Assembly (NCBI GenBank): GCA_030390025.1
Contig: CM059425.1
Span: forward strand, 164,364,001 to 164,428,000
Origin: Squalus acanthias
Lineage: Eukaryota
Reading direction: 5' to 3'
DNA length: 64,000 nucleotides
The notes under the pieces were generated by a model that was not told the origin of the DNA, ran no database searches, and saw nothing but the letters and a program-made list of their open reading frames with translations. A program made the position numbers and the translations under genes. Shown here one piece after another: positions 38,456 to 51,200 of this stretch. The stretch's first letter is position 1. Each line of letters starts with the position of its first letter.

Positions 38456-38999
38456 ATGCGCACGGACCCCACACGAGTTGGTAGTGGCAGATGAGTGGAA
38501 ATGACCATTTATCATGCTGAGTATGTGATTGTGTGAGTGAGAGAGTTAACTAGAAAAGGAAAGAAAGATCCCTTCTTGTGGAAAAGTGCCTGGTGCCTTC
38601 ATACAGCTGACATCTGTCGCTCAATGATGTGAGGGATGATGGTCTGCACTCATGAGGCACGATTCCTGGACACACAACATTGGTACTTTAATGTGAGAGT
38701 GATTAGAGACATGCAGCAGGTGAGAGGAATAAATTAGTCCATTCTATCATGTGTTATTTTTCCCAGTGAATTACATTTGTGGTTAAGCCACCTGCTCTTG
38801 CTCTTGTGCTACCCAAGAATGCTTGCACTGCAACTGAAGAAAGTGCAGGGGAGTAGGACTAATTGGGTAGCTCTTGCAAAGAGCCAGCACATACACAGCA
38901 GGTCGCATGGCCTCCTTCTGTGCTGTATGATTCTATGCTCTGAGGATATGTTTCAGCAGGGTATTATCTAAATTTTGAAAAAAGTTCTCTTTTTTAAAG

Positions 39000-39083
39000 G
39001 ATACAAAGGAAAATCTTGCCGAAACACATCCATCAAAAATACCAGGCACTTCAGTTCACAAAACTACTGACCCAAAGATTCAG
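39000..39083 (+). CDS. CAST: CAST L-domain-like exon, DTKENLAETHPSKIPGTSVHKTTDPKIQ
   Basis: ttctcttttttaaag acceptor, CAG|gtacta donor, 84 nt, phase 0-0. Confidence 0.7.
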
Positions 39084-40080
39084 GTACTAATGAATTTTAA
39101 ACCTTTCAATAACATTTCAGTGTACTGTATGGTATTAATATAACTTGTGTAAACAAATTTAAGGATTTAAAAAAGATACTTATTTTTCCTTCAAAGCTAG
39201 CATTTCAACAATGTAGATCGAATGATACTCATTTCAGAAATGTCTGCCTGCAACTCTATCACTTGAAATTGTTTGTTTCTGTATTTCACTGTTTGTAGCT
39301 AGTCTCTGCAGTGTTTTATGTAATAGAATGGAAATACCAATGAACCACTATTTAGGGTATTTAATTGATTCTTCTTGCAAAGTTATAATATGTTCTGAAC
39401 TATTTTGAAAATCTTGGTTGCACTTTGAGGTGTCACATTTGCACAAGAGGCCTGCAGAATAACTCTCTTCTGTGGATGAGGAAGGGAAATTTTGAAGCAA
39501 CTTGTCTATTGAATTGCTGAAATAACAGGGCTTTAAGAGAGAGAGAGCCTGGGTCTGGTGCAGGTACAGTGATTCATTGAAATTAAAATGTTACTGGAGT
39601 GTCCGATTGGAAACTGATTAGCTAAATAGAAACAGTGACCATTCAGTAGTAGACCATTTGATCTGCCAGCAACAGCATTTTATTTTTCACCAGAAGGGAA
39701 TTTGCTGGTGCCTTTGAGAATGCTATGTAGGACTTCGGCTGGATTATGTAGTAATCAAAGAAAAATTATGATCTGTCAATCCGAATGCAAAGATTGTAAT
39801 TTTGTCCTTTGCATTCTTACTGTGAATGCAGGTTAAATGGAGTTAACCAGCCTAGCTATAGTAGCTGGATTTGTCGAACTAACCTTGCTTCTAATTCAGT
39901 TTACAGTCTACTCCTGATATTTTAGTCAATTTCTGCAATAACAATTTGAATTAGCCGATCATTTGAATTAAGCAACATAAATAACACAATAGTGGGAATT
40001 TCTGCTAAAAATTGAATTATGCTCAATCTGATGGCTAGAGGGAAGTCCTAAATTTTAATGAACTTTGTTTTTAAACCAAA

Positions 40081-41858
40081 TGGTCGGAATTTTCTGTACC
40101 TCGGCGGGTCCAGTGCGGGCGGTGGCCATGTCGTGGCCAGGGTAAAGTTAACAAAATGGGGCCTATTCAACCCGCCCAGCCGTTACCCGGTCCAATGAGA
40201 TGGACTGGGTCTGGTGACATCATTCATGATGCGTTTTCAGCCGGGATCTTTAAAGGGACCCTGGCCAGATTATATTTGAAATGTCATCTAACATAGTGCT
40301 GTCAGTGAACGACAGCATTGGAGTGCTGCAAACACTGACAATGATTGCACAGAGGCAGAGGGCTGCACCCAGGCTCTCCGATGACTCACTCCATATGCTT
40401 GTGGAGAGAGTCAGAGCAGACAGGGAGGTCCTCTTCCCTTCCGATGGGCGGAAGAGACCTCCCCAGGAGACCAAGACAGCCTGGTTGCACATTGCAGAGG
40501 AGGTCACAAGCAGGGATGTGTTCAGGAGGACCTGGGTGCAGTGCCGCAAACGTTTCAATGATCTCATTAGATCAGGAAACGTTAGTACAAAGCCACCCTC
40601 AACCTCATCCTGCTGTGCCTCTCATCATCCTGCTGTGCCTCTCATCACATCCCCATCACTCTGCCTTCCCTACCCTACTCCTGCACATCCTTACTCACAC
40701 CAACATACCTTGCACCTCCACCCATCCCTCTATCTACATTATCACTTCCCCATCTCACTAGCCACCCCTCACACTCACCCTCATCCTAGTGCAGTCATAC
40801 CAACTAACAACACACAAGGGTAGGCACTTGGGTGTTTTATGCAATGTTTATGTAAAGTTTCAGTTAAAGTGCTGCCAAACATAAAAATCTTTATTTTCAA
40901 CACTTTCCGGTCTTGGACAGATTTGTGTGCACCTTTGGAAGTGGCTTAGTGAGTTGCAGTGAATGATGAGACATAACAGTACCCCCCACAATGGTGATGA
41001 GTGTGAAAGGAATGGCTTGGTCATTGTAGGGATGCTTTATGGTGTTGGTGTGGGGTGGTGTCAACCTGGCACATCATGTGGCAGCCATATGGGTGTACAG
41101 CATAAAGTTAACTAAATCTGGCCATGATGAGGCCATCCCTGGCCTCTCAGCCAGCAATGTGCTCGGGTGTTGATGCCCTGTATCCTGTGCAGCATCAGAT
41201 GATTGCGGAGAAGGTTGATGTTGTTGTCAGTGCTGCTGGTGTGCCTGGTGCTGCTGGTGTTGGAGCTGATCGTGGTCCAATTCTGAGGACCAAGGTGAAA
41301 CAGTATAAACGGCACCCATGTTGATGGAATAGATGGCAGGTGAAGTACAGATGACAGAAGCATTCTGTCAATGGTGAGAGAGTTCTTCCAATGAGGTGAC
41401 ACTGGATGGAGACTTTGTTGGAAACACTTGCAACCTGCAGAATCTGTGCTGGAAATAGACTGAGCAACAGCTTCTGCCTGAGGAAAGTGATCATCTGTCA
41501 GGTGGGAGCTTTAACTGTACATTTCATGCTGCCAAGTAACCAGCTGGAGCAATGGCCATGGAACTCCTGCCTCAGGTTGACAGACGTGGTTCCTGAGCTG
41601 TGTGAGTTCGTGGCCATGCAGGGAAATTTAAAAAGTAAGTTTAAAAAAGGCTGTTATGTGGTTGTAACTACCTGTTAATCATTTCAATTGGGTCGCCCGC
41701 CGCTACCGGTCGGGTCGGCTCCACGATGATAGACGTGCCTGTGGGAAAGGCGTGTGGAGGCGAGATGACCGGGTTCCCGACCCGCTCTCAAAAATAACAA
41801 CTTTCCCACCAGACCCGCCACCGATCACGCCTGCTACCACCCCGGAAAATTCCGGCCA
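40081..41858 (+). mobile_element. Non-autonomous Harbinger retaining a Myb/SANT-like exon
   Basis: TIR TGGTCGGAATTTTCTG / CGGAAAATTCCGGCCA; RAAPRLSD..AWLHIAEEV..RTWVQCRKRFNDL at about 40340-40580. Confidence 0.82.
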
Positions 41859-42194
41859 ATCATTCTGAGCATTAAACAATAACTTCTTTTAATTGGATGA
41901 AAGATCTTCATAATCTTTCTATCTTAATTTAATAATTAATTTTGATTAAAATGACCACATTAAGCGTAATTTGCGGTGAGTTTTACATAACGTACAATGT
42001 GTACTGCTGTGTTAAATAATCTAGATGGAAAATTAACACGTCTTTAAATTTAGCTGACTGGATAGATTAACCAGTGACCGATATGAAAGTGGTATAAAGA
42101 GCTATTTTCTGTGTTAGACTGATATGAAAAAGAAAAGATTAAATTTGTTGGTGATTTTGAGGTATAGTACCCTCTGTATTCAAGAAGATGTGCT

Positions 42195-42582
42195 AAGTTA
42201 AGAAGGTTAAGGGGAGATGTAATAGTGTTCAGAATTATGAAGGGTTTTGAAAGGGTAAATAAGAAGAAACTGTTTCTACCTTCAGGAGGGTTGGTAACTG
42301 GAGGACACAGATTTAAGATAATTGACAAAAGAATCAAAGGGGAGATGAGGAGAATTTTTTTTACACATGAGCTGTTATGATCTGGAATGCACGGCCTGAG
42401 AGGGTTATGGAACCAAATTCAAGAGTAACTTTCAAAAGGGAATTGGATAGATACTTGAAAATGAAAAAAAAAATGCAGGGCTATGGGGAAAGAGCAGGGG
42501 AGTGGGACTAATTGCATAGCTCTTTCAAAGAGCCGGAACAGGCATGATGGTCTGAATCGCCTCCTTCTGTGTTGTATGATTC
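42195..42582 (+). mobile_element. CR1 family A 3' fragment
   Basis: RRLRGDV..RGHRFK..FFT..WNA-like remnants and CR1 tail. Confidence 0.8.
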
Positions 42583-42585
42583 TAA

Positions 42586-44082
42586 GGGGGAGAAATTTGG
42601 TTGGTTAGCGCCTCCAGTTATCGCCTGGCGGGGGCGCTAACTGGGGCGCTGAGGCAGTAGTGCTGGGGTGAGGCAAATTCAGCACCCCTCTAGCGCTGCC
42701 GCTACGAGTTAGTGCCGGGGACTTTAGCGCCAGGCAGATCGTGACGTCAGTGAGTGTTCAACACTCACTGGGCACCCAATCTGCCAAATTGAATATCGCC
42801 CCCTGCCTTAGTGCCTCGCCCGACAGCAACAGGGAGAGGAGGCATGAAGCAGGTGGACGCCGGCTCCAGGGGCGGTATTTAAAGGCATCCTCAGTAATGA
42901 ATCGCAGCTGTCAGGTTAGTGGTGTTTCACTGCTTCCTTGTCAGTTTCCCAGAGTTGAATTAAGTCATTTAAAGATTATTGAGTCACGAGTGTTGCGGCT
43001 GCTAAAAATTAGTAACATTTATTCTCACAAAATATCAAATTGCTACACTTCCTTACATTAATGGGAGCTGTACTGGCAGTCGACCTCGCCCTCCAGGATC
43101 AATGGCGGAGGGAGCGCAGGCAGCGAGAAAGACTGGAACATGTGGCCAGAGGGAGGAGGAGGGCCATCAGGCTCAACAGGAGGCCTTTCCCTCCGAGGTC
43201 TTCCGACAGCACTTCTCCTACCTTCAATGAAGCGAGGAGCAGTGTACTAGATAGCTCCGCATCACCAAGGTGGTGGTCACAGAACTCTGCCACCTCCTCC
43301 AAACAGACCTCCAGCTTCACACCAGGATGACTTAAACCCCAGATCCCTTTTTCTCACCATATGCCCATCATACCATCCCTCTGTCATGCCATATCACAGC
43401 GTCCTCCTGGGTGCATTTTGAAATGAGAGAGACCACAAAATATTGCAAACTCCATGAATAAATGTATGCGTAAACATATCACACATCTCACAATCATTCC
43501 AACAACTAATGACCCTTGCACCTGCCATAGCTGAATAGCAGTCATTGTGTACAAGGCGTGAGATGTGCATGTGAGTGTTGGTAGGTAGAGATTGTTGGTG
43601 TGTGAGTGCTGGGTTCTGATGCCTTGGACAGTGTGTGAAGCTTGTGGTACAGATGGTGGGTGGTATGTAGCATTTGGTGAAGCATTCACTCACCCTGACC
43701 ACCCGAATGAGGTGGATCTGCCATGAGCCGCCTGCTTCAGTCCTCCGGCTCCTTCTCCTTGTTGTGCTTATCCTTGCTGAGGCAGCTGCACAGCCAGTAT
43801 TGCTGAGAATGAGGAGCTGCAGTATCAATGAACCTCCCCTTTAAGTACTGGGAAAAGCCTGTGGTGATGATGACTTGAGATTAGACTGCACCCGATATTG
43901 GTCAGCGTTTTGAGTTTAACGCCACTGAGCTAGGCCATTAGGGCTTGATTTAGCGCCCCAATCCTTTCTTTGTGTAATGAGACTGAGTTTTGCATGCAGT
44001 CTGAAGCATTAGCGCCTGGTGCTAATTCTCAAACTTTTCAAAAGTTACCACCCATTCCTGGGCTATAATGAATTTCTCCCCC
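42586..44082. mobile_element. Non-autonomous Harbinger with a transposase N-terminal remnant
   Basis: TIR GGGGGAGAAATT / AATTTCTCCCCC, TSD TAA on both sides; RRPFPPR..FSYLQ..EEQC remnant at 43060-43320. Confidence 0.88.
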
Positions 44083-44285
44083 TAAGTTTTACTGTATGGT
44101 TGGGATTAGAGGCCAGACTAGCCTGGTGCAGCAATATGACCTTTATATAAAGAGAACAAAAAAGAATTAAACACTGGGTAGTAGTGGAATTGTATTTTCA
44201 CTATTGGATGTTAAAATAAGCAAGTGGACGTTATAATTATATCTTTCCAGTGAGTTGGACCAAGTAACATCATTTGACTCTGCAG

Positions 44286-44642
44286 TTGTTGCAGTTATCT
44301 ACTGAATATGTACCTCCACAGAACTTCTCCAACAGGGACAGTTATGGACTTGTCACTGTCCAATCTTACTCTAACTCCTCACAGAACACTAAGCAATCCT
44401 GCAGCACTGATACAGAAAATGCCAACAGCGTGCCTTTCAAAGAGGATTTACTTCAGAAGCATTTAGAAGATGTAATGAAGATAGTAACTGACATGAAAAG
44501 TCAAATTATGAGTGAGGTAACCCACATGATTGAAGAACAGATAAGCATCTTAAAGGCAACCATTGTCAAGTCTTTGGAAAGTGCCAGTATTGACCAGGAG
44601 AAAGCAGTAGTTGCACCTCTGAAAAAAGTATCAGAAATTGAG
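44286..44642 (+). CDS. Candidate large alternative exon with a predicted amphipathic/coiled-coil segment (acceptor uncertain: 44286, 44295 or 44322)
   Basis: Not recognisably repeat-derived ORF 44274-44681. Strong GAG|gtaagt donor at 44642 in phase 0, and three in-frame CAG acceptors. Confidence 0.5.
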
Positions 44643-45524
44643 GTAAGTCATTACCACCAGAGGAGGATTATTGGTGGCTGAACAAATAATTGTCATCAAA
44701 ATGTAAAGTTCTCTTTGAGGCATAATCTGCAGCGCTTTGAATAATTTGTTTTGAAAAATATATTTGAATATTTTAGTGAATTTTTGTCAGGCATTCTTCA
44801 GATAGAATGTAATTGACTTACAATGAGACAAATCAACTCTCTTCCATTAGGCCTTGAATGGCTAGATGAGGAATTTGATAGATCTAAATATTTGAAGGTG
44901 AGTCATCACCTATGCACCTACCAGGATGAACTGATAGAATCAGTAGGCAGTCTAGTTTGTGTGTCAGCTTCAAATGGATACTTCACGTAAGAAATGTCCC
45001 TACCTAGTGCCTTTGTGAGGAGAAGGAAGACTTGAAGAATTCAACATACAGGGGTCTAGAAATTGGCCCACTTACCGCCACGAGTTTTCGCCGTGATCAG
45101 GTCTAAAAATTGCGGTCACCACTCTAGTGCCCTTCTGTGGCGCGGGACTCGGCAGCCACCATTTTGGTGAGGGCCTTAGCGCTGCCAATAGCAGCACTGG
45201 TCCTGGAGATGCAAATTAAGAGAGGGTGACGTCAGTCGGTTAATGTCACCTCAGTGAACTTGGACCTTAGCGCTGAGTTCAGCGCTGGGTCCTAAGCTTG
45301 CCATGAAAACCCAGCATTCAGCAGACTGACAGACGCGCTGCCAGCACCTCTTAAAGGAACACACACATCTTTCAGGTAAATTTACATTTAAGCATCTGGA
45401 CTGAATTTTAAAAAATCTTATTGAAGTAGTGGCTCGGTGCAATACATGTTAAAAGTTTTTAAGTGTGCAGGGAGTCCTGCTGGACACTTGCAAGGCCTTG
45501 GATGGTAAAGGAAGGCCTCTGAGA

Positions 45525-45660
45525 AAATTGAAAATTCTGGAAATACTCAGCAGGCCAGGCAACATCCATGGAGAGAGAAACAGAATTCACGTCTCAGGTC
45601 GAGATGCTGCCAGACCTGCTGAGTATTTCCAGCATTTTATGCTTTTATTTCAGATTTACA
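45525..45660. mobile_element. Penelope type 2 pLTR fragments in inverted arrangement
   Basis: ctggaaatactcagcagg ... cctgctgagtatttccag inverted arms matching 8396-8511. Confidence 0.7.
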
Positions 45661-45664
45661 GTGT

Positions 45665-46410
45665 CTGCTCGCAGAGGGAAGAGGAAGATGCAGAAGAGGA
45701 AGATGCAGAAGAGGAAGATGCAGAAGAGGAAGATGCAGAAGGAACGATGTAACCCAGACAGACCCTTTCTGGCCCGGATATCCGGGATGGAATCATCCGC
45801 CTGCAATACCAGTGACCACAACCCCAATTTCCCTTTCAACATTTGTCCTACACCTTCCCTACCCTCTGTTATTGACCATCACATCGTCGTCTTGGCCGCA
45901 ATGCTGAAATAAAAGCCATCACTAAGCAAACTTTCCAATCCAACTTTATACATCTATCCATCCAATATGACATCAAGAAATCAACTCATCATCCTTGTGC
46001 ATTCTCTTAGTGACTGTCTTGTGTGTGCCTTTACCTGTCCTACTGATGTCATGCAGTGCTACCCCAGTGGCTGCAGCATGGCTGGTGGAAGGCTGCTGAC
46101 TTTCAGTGGGGGACACTGCAAATGGCCTTGCTGGTCGACGTTGAGGGCGGTGTTTCTGTTTCTTCTTCTTCACTCTCCTCTCCCTCGTCTTGGTCTCCCA
46201 CTGGCTGGGCAGGCTGGATTTCTTGGGTGTGTGAAATGAGGAAGGCACAAGGGTGATGTTGTGGTGAGGGGAGGGTGGGAAAGCAAGAGGTGCATGCGAG
46301 AAGGAGGATTATGTATGAGGATACCAGCATCTTGTATCTTTTCAGCCCCGCTGCTGGCCAAGGGCTCAGCCATGCCCCAGCCCAGAATGGCCAGCACCGT
46401 CTCCTCCAAT
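45665..46410. mobile_element. Harbinger internal remnant: transposase acidic C-terminus (+) with (gaggaagatgcagaa)x4, converging on a probable second-gene 3' exon remnant (-)
   Basis: 15-bp tandem repeat 45681-45740; acidic/Pro-rich minus-strand frames 46050-46410. Confidence 0.5.
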
Positions 46411-46558
46411 TACTGATAGGTTGATTGGCATTGCATTTACAATTATCACATCATTAAAATGGTACTTATGCTCTTAAACACCAGTCCTAACTTTCTGCAG
46501 TTAGTTTAATGGGCAATTAATGTGCATTTCCAGCAAGTTCTTAAAAGTAACGGGGAAT

Positions 46559-46987
46559 GGGCTTCACGGTGGCATAGTGGTTAGCACTGGTGCCTCACAG
46601 CGCCAGGGACCCGGGTTCGAATCTGACCTCGGGTGACTGTCTGTGTGGAGTTTGCACATTCTCCCCGTGTCTGCGTGGGTTTCCTCCGGGTGCTCCGGTT
46701 TCCTCCCACAGTCCAAAAATGTGCGGGTTAGGTTGATTTGGCTATGATAAATTGACCCTTAGTGTTAGGGGGGGATTAAATATGTGGGGTTATGGGGATA
46801 GGATGGGATATGTTAGGGGGAATTAAATACGTGGGGTTACGGGGGTAGGGTGGGATATGTGTACTGTGGGGATTAAAGCAGGGACAGGGTACTGGATTTG
46901 AATGATCAGCCATGATCGTATTGAATGGTGGAGCAGGCTCGACGGGCCGAATGGCCTACTCCTGCTCCTAGATTCTATGTTTCTATG
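46559..46987 (+). mobile_element. HE1-like V-SINE, full length
   Basis: tRNA head (A box TGGCATAGTGG, B box GGTTCGAATC), V-domain gtggagtttgcacattctccccgtgtctgcgtgggtttcctccggg, CR1 family A-derived 3' tail ending ttctatgtttctatg. Confidence 0.9.
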
Positions 46988-48186
46988 AAGCTAAGGGGAA
47001 GATGTCATTTGTGTGAAGCAAACAGTGGAGTGGTGTAAATCAACCAGCAATTTCTGGAGATTCGCAATTCACACCGTATCTCTTAATCCCCTGAATTTGC
47101 TGGCTGATTTGTGCATTAATAATGTTGTGCGTCGTTAACACGCCGTTATTTTTCCAGCAAGATTCGGCCTAACATCATAACTATAATAAGAATTAAATTT
47201 TCTTTAACCTTTCGCCTTTAGTAAGTGCAAGCAGAGTGGAACCTGTGTCAGCAGAATATCTTGGAAAATGACACGAGAAAATGATATTAGTTAAGCTGAA
47301 ACGATTGACTATTTCAGATTTCACTACGTATATATGTAGTTCTAAAAAAAATTGCAGTTATGTTCGATACTATTTGGGTCCTAGATTTGTGCTTATGTAA
47401 ATTGATAGTTTACTTCTGCTAAAATAACTTCTCAACATGACCGAGATTATCTGAGGAGATGCTTACTTTGACTGTGCTTTCAGGCAGTGAACTGGATGGC
47501 TTTGCATTGCCCTTTAATTCGAGTACCTAGCTTTTAGTTCATCCCAAACTAGTTGGAAAAAAGTTCTCTTTGTCATGGCTGTAAGGATTCGAAGTGAAAT
47601 GAGTTTGGACAATTCTCTTCCTAGTAGGTATCACTGCATAAGACAAAACTACCTACAGTTGCCACTGAATTGGCAGTCAAGGGCTGCAAGGATTCCTTAG
47701 CGCAATGCTTCTCAAACTGGGGTCTACGGGATCCGTGACCAGAGCTAATTTCAAGCCTGCTCCTCTTTATAAAACCGACACTGATTCAGTTCTTGCGAAT
47801 TATTATCAACGGCTGGGCCTGCCTCCTCAGAGTCCCATAGCTCTCACTCACTTTGCAATGAGCGCATCCTGCCGGTCAAGCCGATTCCTCTCCCGAGTGC
47901 CGCCACCCTGTGCCATCCTCCCGACACATGATCAGAGCGTCTGCGGGGGCCTTCAAACACGTGCCTGAACATGTTCATGCAAACATGTACAATCTCACAA
48001 TGCAGCTGTTACAGAACATGCCAGTGGGGGACAGTATGGCGGTGAGTCATACTTCCAGCAGCATCCCAGCATGTGCACGGGTGCTCGTGCCCTCACTCAC
48101 CTTGGCCAGCCTGCTGACAGCTTTAAAAATTGTCCAGTCCTAAGTGGTTAAAAGTGGCCGTCTGTTGCTGTGGAGTACCCAGACTT

Positions 48187-50520
48187 GGGGCTGAATTTTG
48201 CCGGCGCTCAGAGTGCGGGTTTGGAAGTGGGTCCGCTGTCAAAATCACAAAGATTGACAGTGGGTCGGTATCCCGCTGTAAACCCGCCTCCTTGTCAGTT
48301 TCCCAAGTGTCAGGTCTGTCATCCCAGAACAGACCTGACACCAAGTGGCGGGTCATCCAATTTAGATAGTTAAAAGCTTATTAAAAGGTAGTTAAGAACC
48401 ATTTTAACAGGTTTTCAACGAGGTTCCCAGAGAGCAGCTATCACGTCAGGTAAGTATATCGGGTTCTCAATGACTCTCCATTGCTGTGAATAGGTGAAAG
48501 CTGCAAAAGTGGTATAAAACCTATCATTTCACAGCTGTTCACTTCCCAATCTTAGAAGCTGGAGCATTAATAATTTGGAACCCACTTTTGAGCTTCATGC
48601 ACTTTTGAAGTGTTTGGAGTAATCTCTCTATCCACTGTCACCTCCTTGGAACAACCTACCTCAAACATTGACAGATTACTTCTGTCATCTCAACCTCACC
48701 TGCCATCTATTCCATCAGCATCGGTGCCCTTGAAAAAATCTCACCTTGGTCCTCAGATTCCCAACATGATCAGCCCCAACACCAGCAGCACCAACATCCA
48801 CACCAACCTTCTCCGCAATCAACTGATGCTGCACTGGTCATAGGGCATCATGACCCATGCACATTGTTGCCTGGGACGCCAGCGATGGCCTCACCATGTC
48901 CAGATTTGCTTCACTTAACACTATACACCCTGGCTGTTGCCTGCATTTCTCTTGTAATTGACGCGCGGTGAAGATCATGTCCATTGTGCCCCTTAGTGGG
49001 CGGAATCCGCATTGCGACTCGGAGGAGCTCTTCAGCCACTGGGAGAAGGCGATTGAGGAGGATTCTTGCGATGACTTTCCCTGTGGCAGACAGCAGGGAA
49101 ACTCCTCTGTAATTACCGCAATCAGGCTTGTCACCTTTCTTGAAGATGGTCACAATTACGGCGTCTTTGAGATCCCTCAAGGACACCCTCAAAGCCTCCT
49201 TGAAAAAGTGAAAAAGTGCAACATCCCCACCGACACCTGGGAATCCCTGGCCCAAGACCGCACAAAGTGGAGGAGAAGCATCCGGGAAGGCGCCGAACAC
49301 CTCGAGTCTCTTCACCGGGAGCAAGCGGAAGCCAAGCGCAAGGTGCGCACGTCAACCCAAGCACCCCACCCACCCGCCCCCTCAACCACCGTCTGCCCCA
49401 CCTGTGACAGAGACTGTAGGTCCCACATTGGACTCAGTCACCTGAGAACTCATTTTTAACATGGAAGCAAGTCATCCTCGGTTCCAAGGGACTGCCTAAG
49501 AGAAGAGAGATACCCTGGCTGCCACATGATGCACCAGGTTGGCACCACCCCACACCAGCACCATAAAGCATCCATACAATGTCCAAGCCATTCCTTTCAC
49601 ACTCATCACCATTGGGGATGTTATGTCTCACCATTCACTGCAATTCACTAAGACACTTTCAAAGGTGCACACAAATCTGTCCAAGAACGCAAAGTGGAGA
49701 CAATAAGGATTTCAATGCTTGACAACACATTAACAGAAAATTTACATGAACATTGGCTAAAACACCCAAGTGCCTACCCTTGTGTGTTGTTAGTTGGTAT
49801 GATTGGACTAGGATGAGGGTGAGTGTGAGGGGTGGCTAGTGAGATGGGGAAGTGATAATGTAGATAAAGAGTGATGGGTGGAGGTGCAAGGTAAGTTGGT
49901 GTAAGTAAGGATGTGCATGAGTAGGGTAGGGAAGGCAGAGTGATGGGGATGTGATGAGAGGCACAGCAGGATGAGGTTGAGTGTGGCTTTGTACTAACGT
50001 TTTGTGATCTACTGTGATCATTGAAAGGTTTGCGCCACTGCAGCCTGGTCCTCCTGACCACATCCCTGCTTGTGCCCTCCTGTGCAATGTGCAACCAGGC
50101 TGTGTTGGTGTCCTGAGGAGGTCTCTACCGCCCATGGGAAGGGAAGAGAACCTCCCTGCATGCTGTGACTCCCTCCATAAGCATATGGAGGGAGTCATGG
50201 GAGAGCCTGGGTGCAGCCGTGCACCTCTGTGCAGTGCTTGTCAGTGTTTGCAGCACCTCAATGCTGTAGAGCACTGACAGTACAACTGTTAAAATGAATG
50301 TGGACATAGTCCCTTTAAAGAAACCGGCTGATGACGCGTCATCAGATGACGTCATCAGACCTGCTTCCTTTTAATTGGCTGGGAACCTCACAGGGCGGGC
50401 TTAACAAGCCCAATCAGGGAAAAATCACTTGGAGGAGGCGGGATGAAGACGGGAGCGGAGTTTGAGTCCGCTGTCTGCTCCGGCCGCACCGGACTCGCCA
50501 CGGCTGGCAAAATCGCGGCC
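48187..50520 (-). mobile_element. Non-autonomous Harbinger with a Myb/SANT remnant; relative of 40081-41858 in opposite orientation
   Basis: TIR-like GGGGCTGAATTTTGCCGGCG / CGGCTGGCAAAATCGCGGCC; AAPRLSHDSLHML.., RRTRLQWRKPFND on -. Confidence 0.8.
48937..49511. mobile_element. RTE-clade LINE insertion with an inverted 5' segment
   Basis: 48937-49176 (-) DAVIVTIFKKGDKPDCGNYRGVSLLS..ESQCGFR..DMIFTARQLQEKC; 49177-49511 (+) WESLAQDRTKWR..CPTC..HLRTH and agaagagaga tail; TSD accctggctg. Confidence 0.9.
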
Positions 50521-51082
50521 TTGGTGTGAGAAGCAGACACACCCATCTCACTGATATCTGTACGTAAATACCTGTTTTCTTAAAAGCATTATTAAAACAC
50601 TGTTTCCATGCAGTACTTTCATATTATGAGTATTATATAGTAGTATAAGTTAGATGAGGTGCGGGGGAGGGTCCATGATTACTAAAAAGGGGTCCTTCAA
50701 CCAAAAAAGTTTGAGAACCACTGCCTTAGTGTGTAAATGGAAATGTAACACTGGTGCAGTGGGATCTTTGGTTCTGAGGTGAACTGATGCCAGATTTTGG
50801 GCAAAGGAAATGGAGCATGATTCTAGTCTATAATGACTAAGAGTACTCAATGCTAACACTAGGTGCAAAAACGGAGAAAAATTACACTTACTTTTGCAGT
50901 TGAAACATTGTATTGACCTGCACAAAAAACTGAATGGTACGAAAGCTGTAAATGTTGGGAAGCAGCATGATAAAGTACAAGTGTAGTGCGATGAAAGAAT
51001 TTTTTTAAAGACACAGGTGAGGTATCTGATAAATCTGGTTGGCTTTAAGAAAGAGAAATTCTAATATTAAGTGATGGACTTA

Positions 51083-51200
51083 TAAAGAAAGAAAGACTTG
51101 CATTTATATAGCGCCTTTCTCGACCACCGGACGTCCCAAAGTGCTTTACAGCCAATGAAGTACTTTTTTTTAAAAGTGCAGTCACTGTTGTAATGTTGCA
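51083..51200 (-). mobile_element. DeuSINE/L2-type 3' tail fragment
   Basis: Reverse complement of 60430-60537. Confidence 0.75.

Noticed and set aside
45681..45740. (EEDAE)4 repeat as a CAST exon or CRISPR-like array
   Set aside because: Spacerless 15-bp tandem repeat within a Harbinger remnant; no convincing donor; eukaryotic context.
46559..46635. tRNA gene candidates (also 38170, 60083, 27300-27390)
   Set aside because: A/B-box-like motifs continue directly into SINE or LINE bodies; no complete cloverleaf or terminator.
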